A stretch of 64,000 nt of DNA from an uncultured bacterium (GTDB lineage Bacteria; Oederibacteriota; Oederibacteriia; Oederibacteriales; Oederibacteriaceae): assembly GCA_965112635.1 (NCBI GenBank), contig OZ218778.1, positions 1,824,001 to 1,888,000 of the forward strand, written 5' to 3'. The notes under the pieces were generated by a model, which saw only the letters and a list, made by a program, of their open reading frames with translations, ran no database searches and had not been told where the DNA came from. Below, piece after piece: positions 10,308 to 22,200 of this stretch. Numbering within the stretch: position 1 is the first letter of the stretch; each line of letters opens with the position of its first letter. Both the position numbers and the translations under genes were made by a program.

Positions 10308-11402
10308 ATGGGTAAAAAAATCTTTATCAAGGGTAACGAGGCCATGGCTGAAGGAGCCATTTTGGCGGGTTGCAGGTACTATTTTGGATACCCCATAACC
10401 CCGCAAAACGAAGTTCCCGCCTACATGTCCCGGCGCATGCCTGAGGTCAGAGGGGTATTTTTGCAGGCTGAATCCGAACTGGCGGCCATCAATATGGTTC
10501 TGGGCGCTGCGGTGACCGGAGTGCGGGCCATGACCTCGTCCTCGTCACCGGGTATCTCGCTCATGCAGGAAGCCATCTCTTATATGGCTGGAATGGAGCT
10601 TCCTAGTGTGATCGCCAATGTGGTGCGGGGCGGCCCGGGTTTAGGTAATATCGCCCCTTCTCAGGCGGATTATTTCCAATCCACGCGGGGGGGTGGGCAT
10701 GGCGATTATCGGACCATCGTTTTGGCTCCCCATAACGTTCAAGAGCTGGTGGATCTGACCATGGATGCTTTTGACCTGGCCGATCTATACCGCAATCCGG
10801 TGCTGGTCCTTGCCGACGGTCTGCTGGGCCAAATGATGGAATCGGTTTATATGCCTGATCCGCAGGAGGAACGGAAAAACAGCTGGCTGGCCGGCAGGAA
10901 ACTGCCGCCCAAGACCTGGGCTTTGACAGGCGCCAAGGGGCGGCCAGCCCAATTCATCAGGTCATTGCTCATGGCCCAGGGAGCGTTGGAAAAACACAAT
11001 GTTCACCTGGCGCAAAAGTATGCCGATATTGAAAAAACAGAGCAAAAGGCAGAACTGACCGGAGACACAGACCCCCAGATAGTCATTGCCGCCTATGGTT
11101 CATCAGCGCGCATTGCCAAAGGCGCCCTCAAACTTTTGCAAGCCAGGGGCGTCAAGGCCACTTTGTTCAGGCCCATTTCCCTCTGGCCCTTTCCTATGCA
11201 AATGATGGCCGGACTGGCCAAACGGGTCGATAGGTTTTTGGTGGTGGAGATGAGTTCGGGCCAGCTCATCGAGGATATAAAACTGGGTGTGGCGCAGGAA
11301 AAAAGTTTGAAACAGGTAAGGATCAACCTGCTGGCCCGTCCGGGCGGAGGTGTCCCTTCGCCTGAGGAGATCGCCGATAAGGCGCAAGAGGTGTTGAGAT
11401 GA
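10308..11402 (+). CDS. vorB: 2-oxoacid (2-ketoisovalerate-type):ferredoxin oxidoreductase alpha subunit
   Basis: KGNEAMAEGAILAGCRYYFGYPITPQNE, QAESELAA, MTSSSSPGISL, RGGPGLGNIAPSQADY, GGGHGDY. Confidence 0.9.
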   Translation: MGKKIFIKGNEAMAEGAILAGCRYYFGYPITPQNEVPAYMSRRMPEVRGVFLQAESELAAINMVLGAAVTGVRAMTSSSSPGISLMQEAISYMAGMELPSVIANVVRGGPGLGNIAPSQADYFQSTRGGGHGDYRTIVLAPHNVQELVDLTMDAFDLADLYRNPVLVLADGLLGQMMESVYMPDPQEERKNSWLAGRKLPPKTWALTGAKGRPAQFIRSLLMAQGALEKHNVHLAQKYADIEKTEQKAELTGDTDPQIVIAAYGSSARIAKGALKLLQARGVKATLFRPISLWPFPMQMMAGLAKRVDRFLVVEMSSGQLIEDIKLGVAQEKSLKQVRINLLARPGGGVPSPEEIADKAQEVLR

Positions 11403-12148
11403 GCGAAAAAACCATTTTTTCCCGCACCAAGGGGTTGAAACCCGCGGCCAATATTTATTGCCCTGGTTGCGGGCATGGGGTGGCGCACCGGATCCTGACC
11501 GAAGTGGTGGAGGAGGCCAAGGCCCTGGACCGCACCATTGCCGTGGCTCCTGTAGGCTGCGCGGTCTATGGGTATGATTATTGGAATTTTGATACCACCG
11601 AGGCTCCCCATGGCCGGACGCCGGCCGTGGCCACGGCCATCAAGCGCGTGCTCCCGGACCGTTTGGTGATCTCTTACCAAGGGGACGGAGATCTGGCCGC
11701 TATCGGCATGGGTGAGATCGTGCATGCCGCCGGGCGCGGGGAACTGATCACCGTCATTTTTATCAATAATATCAACTACGGAATGACCGGGGGCCAGATG
11801 GCACCCACGACATTACTGGGCCAAAAAACAGCTACCACTCCCGCAGGCCGCAAGAGCGAGGAAGCCGGGTTCCCTTTCAAGATGGTGGAATTTTTGTCCC
11901 AACTGCCGGGCGTGAAATACGCGGCACGCGGGGCCATGCACAAACAAAATTTGATAAGGACTGCCAAGTCCTATATCAAACGGGCCATCAGCGTCCAAGA
12001 GGCCAAGTCCGGTTTTTCCATCGTGGAATTGCTTTCCCTGTGCCCGGCCAATTGGGGGTTGGACCCGGCCAGTGCCGCGAAAAAGGTAGATGAAATCTTG
12101 GTGCCGTTTTATCCTTTGGGCGTGGTCAAGGACGAGGGGCCTAAATAA
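11399..12148 (+). CDS. 2-oxoacid:ferredoxin oxidoreductase beta subunit (TPP-binding)
   Basis: YCPGCGHG, HGRTPAVAT, YQGDGDLAAIG...NNINYGMTGGQMAPTT; ATGA overlap with the alpha subunit gene. Confidence 0.92.
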   Translation: MSEKTIFSRTKGLKPAANIYCPGCGHGVAHRILTEVVEEAKALDRTIAVAPVGCAVYGYDYWNFDTTEAPHGRTPAVATAIKRVLPDRLVISYQGDGDLAAIGMGEIVHAAGRGELITVIFINNINYGMTGGQMAPTTLLGQKTATTPAGRKSEEAGFPFKMVEFLSQLPGVKYAARGAMHKQNLIRTAKSYIKRAISVQEAKSGFSIVELLSLCPANWGLDPASAAKKVDEILVPFYPLGVVKDEGPK

Positions 12149-12163
12149 TGAGGAGCATTTCGG

Positions 12164-12709
12164 ATGTTGACTGAAATATCTATCGCGGGGTCCGGCGGGC
12201 AGGGTATACAGTTCATTGGACAGCTGTTGGCCAAGGCGGCAACCCGGCAGGGGTTGATCGCCACCTATGTACCGTCCTATGGAGCGGAGCGCCGGGGTGG
12301 TCCTTCTTTTTGTTCGGTGGTTATTGGCGATAGCGAGATTTTTTCCCCTGTTTTTATCCAAGCCGATGTGCTGCTGGCCTTGGACCAGCGGGGCAGGGAA
12401 CAGGGCTCTTCCATGGTCAAATCAAATGGTTTGATCCTTGTAAACCAGGACTTGGCTGGAACAGCGGTTCCCGGAGAAAAGGGAAGAGTGGTCGCGTTGC
12501 ACGCCACCCAAATGGCGGATGAACTGGGTCCCAGCGGCCCAATGAATTTGATCATGGCAGCGGCCTATGTGGGAGTCAGCGGGATAATAAACCCGCAAGG
12601 GTTGGAAGAAGAGTTAAGGGAAGTTACTGCCAAGAAACCCCAGCTGTTAACTTTAAATCTTGGAGCATTGGCTCAAGGTTTGAAATGGGGACAAGAACAC
12701 AAAAAATAA
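12164..12709 (+). CDS. 2-oxoacid:ferredoxin oxidoreductase gamma subunit
   Basis: IAGSGGQGI, PSYGAERRGG, MNLIM...ALAQG. Confidence 0.9.
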   Translation: MLTEISIAGSGGQGIQFIGQLLAKAATRQGLIATYVPSYGAERRGGPSFCSVVIGDSEIFSPVFIQADVLLALDQRGREQGSSMVKSNGLILVNQDLAGTAVPGEKGRVVALHATQMADELGPSGPMNLIMAAAYVGVSGIINPQGLEEELREVTAKKPQLLTLNLGALAQGLKWGQEHKK

Positions 12710-12756
12710 TTATCATGAACAAACCCACCGAGACCGTTTTTTTAAGGGTGATACCA

Positions 12757-12957
12757 ATGAAAGTCAAACTCAATGGTAAGGAACAGGTCATTGAAGATGG
12801 CATGACGGTACTCCAGCTGATGCAAAAAAATGGAGTAACAAGTCCAGGGGTCGCCGTTGCTTGTAATAGTGAGGTGGTGCACCAAAAAAATTTAGGTAGA
12901 GTTTTACTTAAAGAAGGGGACGAGATAGAAATTATCCACGCTGTAGGCGGCGGGTAG
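12757..12957 (+). CDS. thiS: Sulfur carrier protein ThiS
   Basis: MKVKLNG...VAVACNSEVV...LKEGDEIEIIHAVGGG with C-terminal GG; directly upstream of thiG. Confidence 0.93.
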   Translation: MKVKLNGKEQVIEDGMTVLQLMQKNGVTSPGVAVACNSEVVHQKNLGRVLLKEGDEIEIIHAVGGG

Positions 12958-12986
12958 TTCTACCGAGTTTCAAGGAGGGTAGATAA

Positions 12987-13799
12987 GTGTCTGGCAATCC
13001 AAGAGAACCACAAGGTGGCAAAGCGGATAAGCCCCTGAAAATAGGGGGCAACTCCTTTAATTCCAGGCTTATTTTGGGAACAGGAAAATACAAAACATTT
13101 GAAGAAATGGCTGCAGCCCATGAAGCAAGTGGAACTGAACTGGTGACCGTGGCCATTCGCAGGATCAATTTGGATGACAAGTCGGGGAAGGCCCTTCTTG
13201 ATTTCATTGACCTGAAAAAACGGAAAATATTACCCAACACCGCTGCCTGTTATACGGCCAAGGACGCTATCCTGACCGCGCGGTTGGCGCGAGAGGCTCT
13301 CAAGACAAATTTGATCAAACTGGAAGTGATTGGAGACGAAAAAACACTATTCCCTGATGGTCCAGCGTTGCTGGAAGCAGCTAAAGTCCTGGTCAAGGAG
13401 GGATTTGTGGTCCTGCCCTATACCATGGATGATCCGGTCCTCTGTAAAAAACTGGAGGAAGCCGGATGCGCTGCGGTCATGCCGCTTGGCGCTCCCATCG
13501 GTTCTGGGCTGGGGATAAGAAATCCGTACAACATACGCATCATCATGGAAACTGTCAAGGTTCCGGTGATCGTGGATGCCGGAGTGGGGACAGCTTCGGA
13601 TGCGGCACTGGCCATGGAACTGGGTTGCGATGCTGTGCTAATGAATACCGCCGTGGCCCAAGCCAAGGAACCGGTCAGGATGGCGGAGGCCATGAAAAAA
13701 GCCGTTGAGGCGGGAAGGTTAGCCTATCTCTCCGGGCGCATACCCAAAAAATTATACGCGACAGCTTCCAGTCCGCTTTCGGATGTGATCGGTAGTTAA
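12987..13799 (+). CDS. thiG: Thiazole synthase ThiG
   Basis: [56 protein letters not shown]. Confidence 0.97.
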   Translation: MSGNPREPQGGKADKPLKIGGNSFNSRLILGTGKYKTFEEMAAAHEASGTELVTVAIRRINLDDKSGKALLDFIDLKKRKILPNTAACYTAKDAILTARLAREALKTNLIKLEVIGDEKTLFPDGPALLEAAKVLVKEGFVVLPYTMDDPVLCKKLEEAGCAAVMPLGAPIGSGLGIRNPYNIRIIMETVKVPVIVDAGVGTASDAALAMELGCDAVLMNTAVAQAKEPVRMAEAMKKAVEAGRLAYLSGRIPKKLYATASSPLSDVIGS

Positions 13800-13824
13800 A
13801 AAATGGCGGCAAGGAAAAATAAAT

Positions 13825-14448
13825 TTGGTAGATTTTAAATTTTATCTGATCACAGACAGCCAAAAATGTGTGGCTAGGACTTTAGAGCAGACATTAGAAG
13901 AGGCTTGCGCTGCCGGTGTGAGGGCGATACAAATAAGAGAAAAAAGCATTGGTTCTGAAAGAGTTCTTGATCTCACTCAAAAACTGAAAAGTATCCTGCC
14001 CAAAGAAACTTTGCTGTTCGTCAACGACCGACCTGACATCGCCATCATGACCGGTATTTCTGGAGTGCATCTTTCATCCAAGAGTCCATCGGCAGAGATC
14101 GTCAGAGAAAAATATCCACAAAAAAAATTGATAATTGGAAGATCCACTCATTCTTTAGAAGAGGTCAGAGGGGCTGAACAACAGGGAGTTGATTTTGTAG
14201 TTTATGGACCGGTGTATGACACTCCTTCCAAAAGGTTATACGGACCTCCGATAGGAGTCAAGGCGCTAGGTGAGGCTGCTAGAAAAAGTAAAGTCCCGAT
14301 TTTTGCTCTGGGAGGGGTGACATCGGCGCGGGTGAAAGAATGTTTGGATGCAGGAGCTCACGGAGTTGCGGTCATCTCGGCTATCATGGCAGCATCTTCG
14401 GTCAAAGAGACGGTGAATGATTTCAATAAAACATTGGGGCAGTTATAA
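13825..14448 (+). CDS. thiE: Thiamine-phosphate synthase ThiE (TenI-like subfamily not excluded)
   Basis: YLITD, IQIREK, VNDRPDIA, GVHL, GRSTHS, GPVYDTPSK, FALGGV, GVAVIS. Confidence 0.8.
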   Translation: MVDFKFYLITDSQKCVARTLEQTLEEACAAGVRAIQIREKSIGSERVLDLTQKLKSILPKETLLFVNDRPDIAIMTGISGVHLSSKSPSAEIVREKYPQKKLIIGRSTHSLEEVRGAEQQGVDFVVYGPVYDTPSKRLYGPPIGVKALGEAARKSKVPIFALGGVTSARVKECLDAGAHGVAVISAIMAASSVKETVNDFNKTLGQL

Positions 14449-14487
14449 TCTCTAAACAAAAGTTTGTGTATAGGAGAGGGTTTAAAG

Positions 14488-15951
14488 GTGAGAAAAACTC
14501 TTTTTGTTTTATTGTCCATTTTATTGTTTTATTCAAGTCCGATCAGAGCAGTAGATTTCCAGCCCTATCAGGTTCCTGGCCAGGACATCATTGTTAGGCC
14601 TGAATCCGAGAGACCTTTTAAAAGAGTGGTCATAGGGCTGGAACCCAATAAAACCAGCTATTTTATGCTTCCCAAGACAGACGAGTTTGATGTCAAGGCA
14701 ACCAATGAACAAATTGAATATTTAAGGCGGCAGGTCTACTGGCTGAACTATGAACTGACCCACGGACAAATATTCAGACACATGCCGGATTACACACATT
14801 TTTTTGTAGCTATCCCGGACCCCAAATATGTTCACGAATCCCCTGGGAATGAGCAAGAAGAATTCATTGATTACTTGAAAACCAGGGCTCGATGGAACGA
14901 TAAGAAGATAAAAGACAGGGTTAGTTTTTGTAAAATACCCATGACCCTAGTTTATCCCCAGGATATGGCTGAACCAGTTGGGACTGACAGCAAAGGCCGT
15001 TTGGTTCTTGGAATTGGAATGGATTATGACAGATGGTATTACGAACCTCTGAAAGTTCTTCTGAAATATTTTTCCGATGATTTCCAATTTGTAAAATTAA
15101 ACGGGAAAAATAATGAGGAGATCAATACCGAAGGCGGGGATATTAATTTAACCTGGCTTCCTGAGGGGAAAGTTGGTTTGTTGATCGGCTACCACCGAGT
15201 TCTTCGATATATTCAGCACAAGACCGGAATGGATATGAGGGGACAAAAAGTTGATGCTGCTTTGATCGAAGAGGCACGCAAAGCTTTTCAGGATGCTTTT
15301 TTTGGTGTCGAGGTAATTATCGTGGGGGAGGACCTCCTGCGTAAACCTTTAATTGTGAACGATGAGCTTTTTCATCTGGATATGATCGTTAACCTTGTCA
15401 AATCTGGGGATAAGACCCTGGCATTTATACCTACCTATCTCGTTTCTCCCGTGGATGCGATCACACATGTTCATCTCTCTGATGTGGTACGGGATAGGAT
15501 ACAAAAAGTTTACGACATTTGTGCAGCGCAACTAAAGAAAAGAGGTTTCAAGGTAATCAGACTGCCTTTTGCAGACCATCCGGTCCGCAATCCTGTCAAT
15601 GTAGGAAAGTTTATTAATCCCGAAGATGGCAAACCCTATGTCCTGCTCGGTAAATACCCATATCACTTTGCCCTTTCTGATGGATCCATTCCGCAGTTTG
15701 AACTTCAAGCAGGTTTTGATGCATTAACCTTGATCGTTGACAAGTGGAGACAGGACCCTTCAGGTTCAAATTGGCAGGAAGTACAGAAATATTTCGATGA
15801 AATTTGGAAAATGATGGATGATATTCCTCAAAAAAAGAACCCATTATTTGACAGGCAGGCTGAGATCTATAAGTTGCACGGTATTTCCGTGATAGGTGTC
15901 CCGATTTTCCCGACCGGGGATGGCGGTTTGCATTGTCTTTTATTGAAATAA
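14488..15951 (+). CDS. Secreted pentein-superfamily (guanidino-modifying; PAD/agmatine-deiminase/amidinotransferase-like) protein
   Basis: AGGAG RBS, GTG start and signal peptide (MRKTLFVLLSILLFYSSPIRA). Ordered motifs YPQD, EGGD, FHLD and C-terminal GGLHC match the pentein catalytic Asp / His-x-Asp / Cys layout. Confidence 0.65.
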   Translation: MRKTLFVLLSILLFYSSPIRAVDFQPYQVPGQDIIVRPESERPFKRVVIGLEPNKTSYFMLPKTDEFDVKATNEQIEYLRRQVYWLNYELTHGQIFRHMPDYTHFFVAIPDPKYVHESPGNEQEEFIDYLKTRARWNDKKIKDRVSFCKIPMTLVYPQDMAEPVGTDSKGRLVLGIGMDYDRWYYEPLKVLLKYFSDDFQFVKLNGKNNEEINTEGGDINLTWLPEGKVGLLIGYHRVLRYIQHKTGMDMRGQKVDAALIEEARKAFQDAFFGVEVIIVGEDLLRKPLIVNDELFHLDMIVNLVKSGDKTLAFIPTYLVSPVDAITHVHLSDVVRDRIQKVYDICAAQLKKRGFKVIRLPFADHPVRNPVNVGKFINPEDGKPYVLLGKYPYHFALSDGSIPQFELQAGFDALTLIVDKWRQDPSGSNWQEVQKYFDEIWKMMDDIPQKKNPLFDRQAEIYKLHGISVIGVPIFPTGDGGLHCLLLK

Positions 15952-16235
15952 AAATATAACTTTGTTGCGCTAACGTAACTCTACAGATCCCAACAAACCT
16001 CAAAAATAGAACTATCCAAATATTAAACCTCGGTAATTTGTATAGTAACTCTTTATAAAACAACATAAAAGGTCGCAGCATGTATCCTGTAAACTATCCC
16101 TATAAATGTAATAAAATAGATAGCAAAGAAGGGGATAATGGATATAATAAATGCTAGTGCAATAAAATAATCTAAAAAAACCAACAAAAAAATTAATAAA
16201 TAATTGCGAAATAATTAATTTAAACCGGAGTCACC
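15952..16235 (+). promoter_or_regulatory. Very AT-rich intergenic leader of the giant Thr-rich gene
   Basis: 284-bp non-coding, A-tract-rich stretch ending in GGAG RBS before ATG 16236; exact promoter not resolved. Confidence 0.4.
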
Positions 16236-19200
16236 ATGAGTTTGTGGGGCAGAAGGTTTGACAAAGAAGACAAAATAATATTTTGGATTACATTTTCAAT
16301 ATTATTTTGTCTTTTCTTTTTTTGGCTTGTCTTTTTTATGCCTGGTCCAGAACATGAGATTCCCCAATATGTTTACGCGGCAGGTACAAACACCGCTACT
16401 GCGACCGCAACCAGGACAGCTACGAAAACTGCAACGCAGACAGCTACGAGTACTATAACCAAGACGGCTACGAGCACGGCTACTAATACCGTGACAAACA
16501 CAGCGACAAGTTCAGCGACGCGGACATCGACCCAGACTGCCACTGCAACCGCCACGCAGACCTATTCTCAAACTGCAACCGTTACCAGGACAGCTACGAA
16601 TACGGCAACTAACACTGCTACAAATACAGCTACCCAGACGTCGACTCAAACTGCCACTGCAACCGCCACGCAGACCTATTCTCAAACTGCAACCGTTACC
16701 AGGACAGCTACGAATACGGCAACTAACACTGCTACAAATACAGCTACCCAGACGTCGACTCAAACTGCCACTCCAACCGCCACTCAGACCTATTCTCAAA
16801 CTGCAACCATTACTAGGACGGCTACGAACACGTCTACTAACACCGCTACAAATACAGCCACTAATACTGCAACGAATACTTCCACAAGTTCAGCGACGCG
16901 GACATCGACTCAAACAGCGACAAGTACAGCTACTAATACGATGACAGGCACAGGGTCAGCGACCAATACGGCAACCAATACCGCAACCAACACCGCTACA
17001 AATACAGCGACCCGGACATCGACCCAGACTGCCACTGCAACCGCCACTCAGACCTATTCTCAAACTGCAACCATTACTAGGACGGCTACGAACACGTCTA
17101 CCAACACCGCTACGAATACGGCCACTAATACTGCAACGAATACTTCCACAAGTTCAGCGACGCGGACATCGACTCAAACGGCGACAAGTACAGCTACTAA
17201 TACAGTGACAGGCACAGGGTCAGCGACTAATACATCAACAAGTACCGCAACAAATACGGCGACAAGCACAACAACCAATACGGTGACGAATACTGCAACT
17301 AACACAACCACAAACACTACCACCCAAACAGCTACGCAAACTGCTACGAACACGGTAACTAATTCAGCTACCAACACTGCCACCCAGACAGCGACCAATA
17401 CAGCTTCCCAGACGGCAACGCAAACAGCCACAAACACGGAAACGCAAACGGCTACTCAGACAGCTACTCAGACCGCGACAGCGACAGCAACGGTAACAGG
17501 ATCAGTGACGAATACATCAACGCAAACAACCACAAATACAGCCACGAATACCGCGACCAATACGGAAACCCAGACATTAACCTCGACTATTACTGCCACT
17601 GTTACTTCAACGGTAACGGCAACAAACACGGCCAGTCAAACAGCAACAAACACATCCACAAATACCATGACGAATACGGAGACCCAGACAATAACCTCGA
17701 CTATTACTGCCACTGCTACTTCAACGTTGACTGCAACAAACACAGCCACTCAAACAACAACAAATACAGCCACGAATACTGCATCGAATACGGCGACCAA
17801 TACGGTTACGAATACAACCACAAACACGGCGACCAGCACGGCGACGTATACGGCTACTAGTACGATTACCCTGACCATTACGGCAACAGCAACATCTACG
17901 GCTACAGCAACAAATACCCCCACCAACACCGCGACTAATACTGCAACTAGGACAGCTACGAGTACAATAACCCGGACGGCTACGAGCACGGCTACCGCAA
18001 CAAGTACATCTACTCGGACAGCAACAAATACAGCCACGAATACTGCGACGAATACAGCGACAAGTACGGCGACCAGAACGATTACTTTGACCGCTACGGC
18101 CACAGCTACAAATACTGCAACACGGACAGCTACGAGCACGGCTACCGCAACAAGTACATCTACTCGGACAGCAACACAGACAGCCACCAATACGGTTACG
18201 AATACAGCGACAAATACTGCAACAAGGACTGCTACGAGCACGGCTACCGCAACAAGCACATCTACTCGGACGGCAACCCAGACAGCTACCAATACGGCAA
18301 CCCAGACAGCTACCAATACGGCTACCCAGACAGCAACTCAAACTGCCACTGCAACTGCCACGCAGACCTATTCTCAGACTGCAACCGTTACCAGGACGGC
18401 CTCTAATACGGCTACTAACACTGCGACAAATACAGCTACCCAGACAGCAACTCAAACTGCCACTGCAACTGCCACGCAGACCTATTCTCAAACTGCAACC
18501 GTTACCAGGACGGCCACGAATACGGCTACGAACACTGCTACCAACACAGCCACTAACACGGCCAGCAACACAACTACTCTGACAGCGACTTCAACTGCTA
18601 CTACTACAGCTACAACTACGGTTACGGCCACCAATACGGCCTCTAATACTGCAACTAACACAGCTACAAACACAGCTACAAACACAGCCACCAATACAGC
18701 TACGAACACAGCAACTCAAACTGCCACTGCAACTGCCACGCAGACCTATTCTCAAACTGCAACCGTTACCAGGACGGCCACGAATACGGCTACGAACACT
18801 GCTACCAATACAGTTACTCAGACGGCGACAATTACAGCTACCCAGACAGCAACTCAAACTGCCACTGCAACTGCCACGCAGACCTATTCTCAAACTGCAA
18901 CCGTTACCAGGACGGCCACGAATACGGCTACTAACACTGCTACCAATACAGCTACTCGGACAGCGACCTCAACGGCTACCGTTACAGCCACATCTACGGT
19001 TACAGCCACAAATACCGCCACGAACACAGCCACGGCTACAGCTACGCAGACCTATACTTTGACCAACACCGCTACAGCTACATCCACGAACACAAACACG
19101 CAGACGGCTACCAGCACGGCCACTTACACGCTAACCAGCACCGCTACCGCCACGGCCACGCAGACCTACACGTTGACTAATACAGCTACCGTTACATCCA

Positions 19201-22200
19201 CGAATACGAACACGCAGACGGCTACGAGCACGCAGACCTATACTTTAACTAACACAGCCACCGCCACGGCCACGAACACGAACACGCGGACAGCTACCAG
19301 CACGGCCACTTACACACTAACCAGCACAGCCACGGCTTCGGCTACACAGACCTACACGTTGTCCAACACCGCTACCGCTACAGCCACGAATACGAACACG
19401 CGGACAGCCACGAGCACAGCGACCTGTACGTTGACCAGCACAGCCACCGCCACGGCTACGCAGACCTATACTTTAACTAACACCGCTACCGCCACGGCCA
19501 CGAATACGAATACGCGGACGACTACCAGCACGGGGACCTATACGCTAACCTTCACGGCAACCGCCACGGCTACGCAGACCTATTCTTTGACCAACACAGC
19601 TACCGCTACGGCCACGAATACGAATACACAGACGGCCACGAGCACGGCTACCTATACTTTGACCAGCACCGCCACGGCTACGCAGACTTATTCTTTGACC
19701 AACACAGCTACCGCTACGGCCACGAATACGAATACGCGGACGGCTACCAGCACAGCTACCTATACTTTGACCAGCACAGCTACGGCCACCGCAACGCAGA
19801 CCTATACTTTAACTAACACCGCTACCGCCACGGCCACACAGACCTATTCTTTGACCAACACAGCCACCGCCACGGCCACGAACACGAACACGCGGACAGC
19901 TACCAGCACGGCCACTTACACACTAACCAGCACAGCCACGGCTTCGGCTACACAGACCTACACGTTGTCCAACACCGCTACCGCTACAGCCACGAATACG
20001 AACACGCGGACAGCCACGAGCACAGCGACCTGTACGTTGACCAGCACAGCCACCGCCACGGCTACGCAGACCTATACTTTAACTAACACCGCTACCGCCA
20101 CGGCCACACAGACCTATTCTTTGACCAACACGGCTACCGCTACATTCACGAATACGAACACACAGACCGCTACGAGCACGGCGACCTATACGCTAACCAG
20201 CACAGCCACGGCTACAGCTACGCAGACCTATACTTTGACCAACACCGCTACAGCTACAGCCACGAACACAAACACGCAGACGGCTACCAGCACGGCCACT
20301 TACACGCTAACCAGCACCGCTACCGCCACGGCTACGCAGACCTATACTTTAACTAACACCGCTACCGCCACGGCCACGCAGACCTATACTTTAACTAACA
20401 CCGCTACCGCCACGGCCACGCAGACCTATACTTTAACTAACACCGCTACCGCCACGGCCACACAGACCTATTCTTTGACCAACACGGCTACCGCTACATT
20501 CACGAATACGAATACACAGACCGCTACGAGCACGGCCACTTATACGCTAACCAGCACTGCTACCGCCACGGCTACGCAGACCTATTCTTTGACCAATACA
20601 GCTACTGTCACGAATACAAATACGCGAACGGCTACGAGCACAGCTACCTATACTTTGACCAGCACAGCTACGGCCACCGCAACGCAGACCTATACCTTGA
20701 CCAACACCGCTACAGCTACGACTACGAACACGAACACGCAGACGGCTACGAGTACGGCCACTTATACGCTAACCAGCACAGCCACGACCACCGCTACGCA
20801 GACCTATTCTTTGTCCAACACCGCTACCGCTACAGCCACGAATACGAACACGCGGACAGCCACAAGCACAGCGACCTGTACGTTGACCAGCACAGCCACC
20901 GCCACGGCCACGCAGACCTATACTTTAACTAACACCGCTACCGCCACGGCCACACAGACCTATTCTTTGACCAATACAGCTACTGTCACGAATACAAATA
21001 CGCGAACGGCTACGAGCACAGCTACCTATACTTTGACCAGCACAGCTACGGCCACCGCAACGCAGACCTATACCTTGACCAACACCGCTACAGCTACGAC
21101 TACGAACACGAACACGCAGACGGCTACGAGTACGGCCACTTATACGCTAACCTCCACGGCCACAGCTACGCAGACCTACACCTTGACCAGTACCGTTACT
21201 GCCACGGCCACGAATACGAATACGCAGACAGCTACGAGCACGGCCACCTATACGCTAACCAGTACAGCAACCGCTACGATCACGAATACGAACACGCGGA
21301 CGGCTACCAGCACGGCGACCTATACGCTAACCAGCACTGCTACCGCCACGGCTACGCAGACCTATTCTTTGACCAATACAGCTACTGTCACGAATACAAA
21401 TACGCGAACGGCTACCAGCACAGCTACCTATACTTTGACCAGCACAGCTACCGCCACGGCCACACAGACCTATTCTTTGACCAACACGGCTACCGCTACA
21501 TTCACGAATACGAATACACAGACCGCTACGAGCACGGCGACCTATACGCTAACCAGCACAGCCACGGCTACAGCTACGCAGACCTATACTTTGACCAACA
21601 CCGCTACAGCTACGGCCACGAACACAAACACGCAGACGGCTACGAGCACGCAGACCTATACGCTAACCAGCACAGCCACGGCTACAGCTACGCAGACCTA
21701 TACTTTGACCAACACCGCTACAGCTACATCCACGAACACAAACACGCAGACGGCTACCAGCACGGCCACTTACACGCTAACCAGCACCGCTACCGCCACG
21801 GCCACGCAGACCTACACGTTGACTAATACAGCTACCGTTACATCCACGAATACGAACACCCAGACCGCTACCGCCACGGCCACACAGACCTATTCTTTGA
21901 CCAACACAGCTACAGCTACGGCCACGAACACAAACACGCGGACAGCTACCAGCACGGCCACTTACACGCTAACCAGCACCGCTACCGCCACGGCCACGCA
22001 GACCTATACTTTAACTAACACCGCTACAGCTACGGTTACGAATACAAACACGCGGACGGCCACAAGCACGGCTACCTATACTTTGACCAGCACCGCTACA
22101 GCTACGAATACGGCCACGAACACGGCTACCAATACGGCTACTAGCACAGCTACAAATACGGCCACCCAGACGGCGACCTCAACCGCTACCGCCACAGCTA

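Noticed and set aside
9948-12756. TPP riboswitch ahead of the vor/thi genes
   Set aside because: No CUGAGA-type core was seen in 9948-10085 or 12710-12756; a covariance scan would be needed for certainty.
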